NCBI GenBank assembly: GCA_951406725.2 | Contig: OX597821.1 | Coordinates: forward strand, 95,976,001-96,040,000 | Reading direction: 5' to 3' | DNA length: 64,000 bases | Source of the DNA: Octopus vulgaris | Lineage: Eukaryota | Part shown: piece after piece, positions 56,991 through 64,000 of the stretch | Numbering within the stretch: the first letter of the stretch is position 1 | How the letters are laid out: every line of letters starts with the position of its first letter | Program-made: the position numbers and the translations under genes | Notes under the pieces: generated by a model | Told to the model about the DNA's origin: nothing | The model's database searches: none | What the model saw: the letters and a program-made list of their open reading frames with translations, nothing else

Positions 56991-57195
56991 CTGTTAAGAC
57001 TATTTTTCTCTAATCTACCGCAGCCGTTTAGATGTTCGAAAGTAGATTTGATTATAAGCTTTTCTTTTTACTTTATGTATATTTCACATGGATTATAGGT
57101 TCCTCCTGTGAGTGCAATCTTCTGAATTGCACTTACCAAAGCCCCCACCCCAGATAATTTAACAATTTCTAAATTCATTATTGTTGTTATTATTA

Positions 57196-57253
<58 letters not shown>

Positions 57254-58179
57254 CATCAACAACCTCATCAAAATTTCTGTTTATCAAATTAACAGATTAA
57301 TGTTAAAAAATTTAGTAACAAGTCTCTTCAGTTCCCAATAACCTCACGAAACACTCATACAGAATGCAGGATAACCTCGTCCTGTGATTCCGCCGTGTTA
57401 GTCTCAGTTCCGCTTGGTCTCAATATCTTAAAAAAGCTCATCACATGATCAGTAACAACGCATGATCCGTTCACCTCTCGCTTTCAGATGATTGTCCAGC
57501 TCTCCCAGTATTCCCAACCATTTTCTTCCACATTCTGTAAATTGAAATTGGGTCTCCAGCACGAATAGAAGCAGCCACTTCCTGAGTTGGCTCTCTGGGA
57601 GCACATTTGCTCCGTGAGACTAGTTACATTAGAATAAATAGATATTTCTTTTTTATTGCAAACTACAAATCGTGAGATATTTATGTTTCTTCATTTGTAG
57701 TGTGCATGAGGGAAATTGATCCAGCCGAGAATTGAACTAGCATTGCAGTCTTGACTTGCCAACTGCTTAAATCTTGTACAATGTCATTTGATATTTCTTA
57801 TGGAAGCGATTGTCATCCACAGAGGCATTAAACCTGGGCTTTTGTTTTAGAGGTGGGAGGGAGATAATAAGGAAGTTGTTCAATTTATGCAATTTCCAAA
57901 TGGTATAAGGAATAAGCGACTTAAAGAAAAAGAGGTGAAGCGTTTCCTGTTGGGGATGGAAACTAGGTTACAGACACAGTTCATGGAAACTTGTCACCGC
58001 AAATCAGAATATATTTATTTAAAATATTAACGTCATATATGAAGGGCTCAAATTTAAAAGGATTTGGAAGTGGGATGGCATATGTGAAGCGAGATGATAA
58101 TGAGTTCTAACTGTAATCTCGGTTCATTGAGAATGTTACCACCAAACGATAGTCTGTAAGGGAAAATGGTGACCTAGTT

Positions 58180-60660
58180 GTAACTCATTGTATGGCATGA
58201 GTCTTAACAAGGCTACATTGCAAATTTAATTTACAAGCACAACTGAATCAGGACAGCTTACGTTGATTGAATGTCAGCGCTTGTTCCTTGTGTTGTTGTA
58301 TTATGCAATATACTCTTTCAACAATAATGTTACATTTGTTGTAATATGTTGTAACAACACTAAATTTATTCTTATATATTGTGACGTAATATTTCATTCG
58401 TAACATTACATTGTGCGTAACATAATAGACGGTAAAGTTGTTTGATAACAGTAAAAAGACAGAGGTATATTTAACATGCAGTGTTACAAATGAGGTAATT
58501 TAACACACAGTATTACCGAAACAGTGTGGTAACAGTGTAGTTTAAAATGTTTGTCTATAAGAAGGTGTTAATCATATAAAATATGAAAAATCTAGGGAGA
58601 AGATATTTATTTTATTCTCTCATTCAGAGATATCTTTTACAAACGCAAGTGTGTAAGTGTGACTTAAAATTGTTTCAATAGGAGTGGCTGTGGTTGTTGC
58701 AATAACAATGTTTTATAAAACGATAACAGAAATGTGGCACAACAGCTTGTGGCACGCGTAATATTAAAGTAAATAAACATTAAGTAACTTAATATCAAGA
58801 CAACTTTTGTTATAAACGCTGAAGTGTCAGTGGTATTTCGCTTTTTTAATAAGAACATAGTTAGTTGTAACAATGATAATTTGAAGAAATTAATGAAAAA
58901 AATTGTACTGTGACACAGATGTCTGTGATAGTATAGTAATATATATATTTTATTGTGTATAATTTAAAGGATAAAAGTGGTAACACTTGAATGTTATTTA
59001 TTGATTTTAGCGCTGTGGCTTAAAGTGTTTATCAGCAAAAAAGCCTAAAAAGAAAATGGCAGACTGTGTCACAGTAGATTGTAATAAATGTAATATAAAA
59101 ATTTCAGTTAGCACACGCAGCTGTAACTGTAAAAGTTGGAATGTTTGAATAACTATATGTTTAAAAGTTGTATCATGAATAATAGCTTGTGACTCAACAG
59201 CATGTAACATATGTAACATAAAATTTACAGTTACTAACAGGAGATAATAAGCATATAATTTAGATTGTTTGACGAAGTAATGTATTTGATGTAACAATAA
59301 AGTAACATATATAAACGTATTTTGTAACACGAGTTATTTAACAATAACTAACATTGAATTTTACGGTACAAACATACTTGTATCATTGTAACATGTTTGC
59401 ATAAACGTGGTTTTAGTTTTATGAATGGCAATTATAGCATACCAGAGAAGAATGTCTCACGCAAATAGCAACATTGTAACGAAACAGTACTTAAAGTTAC
59501 AAAAACTTCAACATGAGTGTGATTTTGATTGTTTAAAATATATGTATATGGTAAATGTGTATATATGTATGTATCTATATATACACATATATATCTGTAT
59601 ATATATATATATATATGCATGTATATATATATATATATGCATGTATATATATATAAATATATATATGTGTAGATATATGTATATATATATGTTTATATAT
59701 GTGTATGTACACACACATATATATATGTGTATGTGTATATATAGTATATATATATATATATGTATATATGTGGATGGATGGATAGGTTGAAAAAGAAAAA
59801 AGAATAGGAGAAAGGTGTTATCACGGTACATTTTCATACGAGTAACAATAACATTATGTAACATAGAACGATGTTGCAACGGCGGAACATAGTGGTTTGC
59901 ATAACAATGATAGTGTGGAAAAGCAGGGTGTGACACAACTCGTTGTGACAGGAACTATAGCCAAGAATTTTATAGAATCTCATATTGCATAAAAATGGCT
60001 TTCATTGTTGTCAATGGTTTCTAGTATAGGCACAAGACCAAAAATTCGGGTAAGAATATAATCGACTATATGGACACCAGTACATAACACTCATAATTAT
60101 CAATCTCTGATAAATAAAAAACAAAGTTTACAAACTAAGAACGTAAAGAGATGCAATTAAATACTGTAAAACACTGTAAAATATTTTCACAGATATTTTA
60201 CTGATCTGCCATGTATTGCGCTTATAGTAATATTAATAGCTTGCAAATCAAAAAGACTGTTACAGAGACAGTTGTGACAAAAAATATGTAATACAGAGCT
60301 GAATATTTGAAACAGCATTATTATTGTGACTTTGAGCAGTGAAATTGAACTGCATAGCTTTATTAAATAAGTACATTGTGATGCTGCGTATGTGATGCAA
60401 TAAACGATAGTGGTATGTAACACTGAGTTTTACGTGAAAATGTAGTATTAGTGTTAGTGTTACTGCATTGCATGAAAACTATATTATAAGTGTATTTTTA
60501 GAAATAGAAAATAATGATGTAAAAGTATGTAACAAGATATAACAGACGTTATCAAATGTAACAGGATTAATAGGTTGCAATTGGTTTAACAAGATTAATA
60601 AGATGTAACAGGGTGTAACGAGAGTTATATTATAAACAGTAACCTGTGACAATGAAACAA
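58180..60660. repeat. Cryptic low-complexity tract rich in TGTAAC/GTAACA/GTTACA/TGTGAC
   Basis: Dozens of irregularly spaced motif copies seen by eye, interrupted by a TA tract (59540-59770) and a SINE remnant. Confidence 0.65.
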
Positions 60661-60894
60661 TCAGGTTTTCATTTCACTACAGATATGATCACACATATAT
60701 TGGGTAGGAATGATAATCAACGGGGTCGATCAGAGATAAAAATACTGACCCTTGAGACGTAAAAAGTCTAATTCAACCTTGGCAGGACTTGAACTGAGTT
60801 CAGACTGTCACTCTAGTATTTTTGCCGTATATCGCCCCGCTTTTCTTGTCTGCTCTTCTCACTTCACTGACGTATGAACAGTAATAATATGCAA

Positions 60895-61350
60895 TCATCA
60901 TTTTCAGCCATTATCTGTTTACTGTCTACTGCAAGAGGCAATTCTTCGCGAGCCGACGCCACTTCAAAATATTCTGTGGCGTTCTCATCCTTGCAACGCC
61001 CATAATTTATCGATTTTATTTCCCCATCTCCTTATCTGTTTTCCCTAACTGCATTAACCTATTTGCCTTGATCTTCCTACCGTGCACAAAGTTGCTTATT
61101 TGTTCGGTCCACAGACCTTTCTGAACTCTAATTTCTCTTAGAATTTCTAACGATGTCTTGTACTTTCATTTGCATTCTTCTTATCCATTAAGAAGTCTTC
61201 CTGTTCTTTACAGTGATAACTAATAAACACCTTTCAATACTTTGTAGTTCTTAGATTCTGTTCTACGGTTTTAGTCATCACTTATATCTCTGCTCTAAAT
61301 TTTATTGTTTGTATGACACATTAGTCAAATACACCACGCTTTAGACATAG
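60895..61350 (-). pseudogene. Decayed RTE-clade LINE 3' end
   Basis: LKRGVFD*CVIQT..AE...TKTVEQNLRT, LGKQIRRW; ends GGCTGAAAATGATGA. Confidence 0.6.
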
Positions 61351-61835
61351 CTTAATAATAATAGTTTAACTCCAACTGCGAAAATTATTGTTGTAACACC
61401 AACAAATATATATATATATAATGTTTCGTACCTGGTACATCGTTAATCATTCCCGATTGGATCAAAGGCAACATTATTCACGGTTTGTTTTCATATGAAG
61501 TCCACACCGTATGTAGATATGCGTACACTTAGGAAACTCGGCGTTTAGTGTAGTTTTCAAGGAAGGGCATATGTATACGAATATGTATATATATGTATAT
61601 ATATATATATATAAATATATGCTCTAGTAATACTAATCATAATAATGATTTCAAATTTGACACAGGGCCAGCAATTTCAGGGAGGGGCCAGTTGGACTAG
61701 TATTTCTTTTATCAACCCCAAAGGGATGAGAGGTAAAGTCCACCTCGGCGGAATTTGAACTCAGAACGTGTAGATAGATGAAATATCGCTAATAATTTTG
61801 CCCAGCGTGGTAACGATTCTGCCAGCTCACCCGCC

Positions 61836-61871
<36 letters not shown>

Positions 61872-61955
61872 GTAGTAGTAGTAATAATAATAATAATAAT
61901 AGTAATAATAATAATACTACTACTACTACTACTAATAATAATAATAGTAATAATG

Positions 61956-62030
<75 letters not shown>

Positions 62031-62708
62031 GTAATAATGTTTCTTTTGGCATACGATGTAGAGCCTCAAACTTTCCTACAGAACAAAGGTTATGCAGGAC
62101 AGAAGAGATGTAAGACAGGTGCAGATGTATAAAATTCACAAACTCCACAGAGTCCAAATGACAGGGACGCGGAACGAGTTAAGTCATATATTAATTTGTA
62201 AATTTGTCATTGAAGTTACTGTCGCTTTTAGGCAAGTTACTAATATCGTGACTAGCTGGTAGGTTGGTAGTTAGGTAGCTTGCCGCACCTCAGGGACATA
62301 ACACAGCTAAAGTGATAAAGAAAATCAAGCTTTAGAACAAGAAGAAAAAAACAACAACAGCAGGAACCGTAATATCTGCTTTTAAATGCTTTCCAACAAA
62401 TTTCTGCATTCAGTCCATTTCCAAAGGCATCGGCAGCATACATGGGGGTAGGTTGGTTTCAACCAGAGGATTGAAACTGCGTCGCTAGAATTTCTCCACG
62501 TTATTATATAGACAGGTACCGCACGTTTATTTCGAATATTGTCTGTGGTTAGATAATTGTGCGTGGGGATGCATACCTATACGTATACACACATGCATAC
62601 ATGCATATATGCTGTAAATAACTGTAAAAAACAGTAAATAACGGTTTAATAGAATTATAGATGTGGAAAATCTCCGTTCTTCTGATCTTTATTATTATTA
62701 TTATTATC

Positions 62709-62783
<75 letters not shown>

Positions 62784-62784
62784 T

Positions 62785-62816
<32 letters not shown>

Positions 62817-62817
62817 T

Positions 62818-62994
62818 AGCCAGTACACACATTTTTTTCTCTCCTTGTTTCTCTCCTTGTTTTCTGAGTCCCTTTCTGTAGACGAGCGTAGGCTCGAAAC
62901 GTAAAATACTTTTTCTATTCCTGAGCGTTATACTTATACATCTGTTTGTTTTGTACACCACCTGTCTTCGTCTTTTGTTTTTTTCGTAAACTCT

Positions 62995-62997
<3 letters not shown>
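62818..62997 (+). mobile_element. Solo Penelope-like terminal repeat with hammerhead-like motif, between TA tracts
   Basis: TTT-CTGTAGA-C-GAGC[GTAG]GCTC-GAAA-CG-TA-AAA at 62873-62906; same architecture as 46700-46831. Confidence 0.75.
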
Positions 62998-63055
<58 letters not shown>

Positions 63056-64000
63056 CATACACACACAAATAACCAGTTGCGAAACGTAGAGAAATTCTAC
63101 ATGGTGTTCGTATTTATTCTCAAAAATTTTCCACCTTGTTATTGTTTTTGCCGTTGCTTTTAAACTTTTCTTCTTCTTCTTCTTCTTCTTCTTCTTCTTC
63201 TTCTTCTTCTTCTTCTTCTTCTTCTTCTTCTTCTTCTTCTTCTTCATCATCATCATCATCATCATCATCATCGTCATCATCATCATCATCATCATTGCTT
63301 CGCCATTATCAATTGTTATATTTGACATAATCATCGCTACCGTTTAACAATATTTATTAACGCATCCCTTTTATAATGATATTTACCAGAAGATCGTATT
63401 TTGGAGAACTTACAGTGAGATTTCTCTTCCAGAACTTATGGCATAAGATATTGCGTCATAACAGTGCTTCCCAGTTTATGACTCGCGACACTTTAATGTG
63501 TCACGAAATTATACAAACATGTTATAAAATTGACTTAGGCTAGAATATTTCATTCCAGATGAATTATAGTCAAATAAATCTCAACATTACGTATATCGAT
63601 TATGCGTATTTACTCCTCTCAAATTTCAGCTTAGATGTATTCTGTCTAACAGGAATAGTATATTTGATTTAAAATAAAAATCAAGTTTAATAAGCTCCGT
63701 CTTATTTTTATTCGGATAAACCTGAAAATCTCTATGTTAGAAGCAGTTACAGTCAATTTAGAGCAAAGAGCAAACAAATTCGGTCATTCTCATAACCTCT
63801 TTGAATTGCTATAATACCATAAGTCAAAACCCTCGAAAAGATATTTGAATAACTGTTTACATTATCATAAAATGTGAAAGAAGGCAGCGATACTAGCAGA
63901 ATCCTTAGCATATGTTAGATACAAATGCTCTGTAGCATTTCTTGTGGCTCTACGTTTGAGTTCAAATTCCGCCGAAGTGAACTTTCTCTTTCATACTTTC

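Noticed and set aside
57300-58180. Unique-looking sequence checked for exons or transposase
   Set aside because: All frames are interrupted and I recognised no motif with confidence

Overview
AT-rich eukaryotic DNA packed with (TA)n, (CA)n, (AAT)n, (TATG)n and (TATC)n microsatellites and decayed transposons. The repeat content looks like an octopod cephalopod genome, which is inference, not proof. Almost every ORF in the supplied track is a microsatellite artefact or a transposon remnant. The main host-gene signal is absent from the ORF track: three small minus-strand exons (37409-37431, 17818-17873, 16875-16953) with canonical splice sites and matching phases. They splice to [52 protein letters not shown](H/Q). 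This is a signal peptide plus the diagnostic truncated EGF motif of the EGF-CFC family (Cripto/Cryptic/one-eyed pinhead, Nodal co-receptors), with the O-fucosylation threonine retained. I could not find the CFC and GPI exons in the window. The repeat layer includes R4/Dong-like RLE retroposons in (AAT)n tracts, Tx1-, CR1-, RTE- and Penelope-like remnants, non-autonomous Helitrons, mariner MITEs, a hAT fragment and three tRNA-derived SINE types. Unusual structures: about ten minimal hammerhead-ribozyme-like motifs, several inside foldback mini-elements; one element joining a tRNA-like head to a hammerhead; SINE multimers joined at an identical internal nucleotide and carrying a Tx1-like tail; and an unexplained 2.4-kb TGTAAC-rich tract. 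All alignments were done by eye, so transposon boundaries are approximate.
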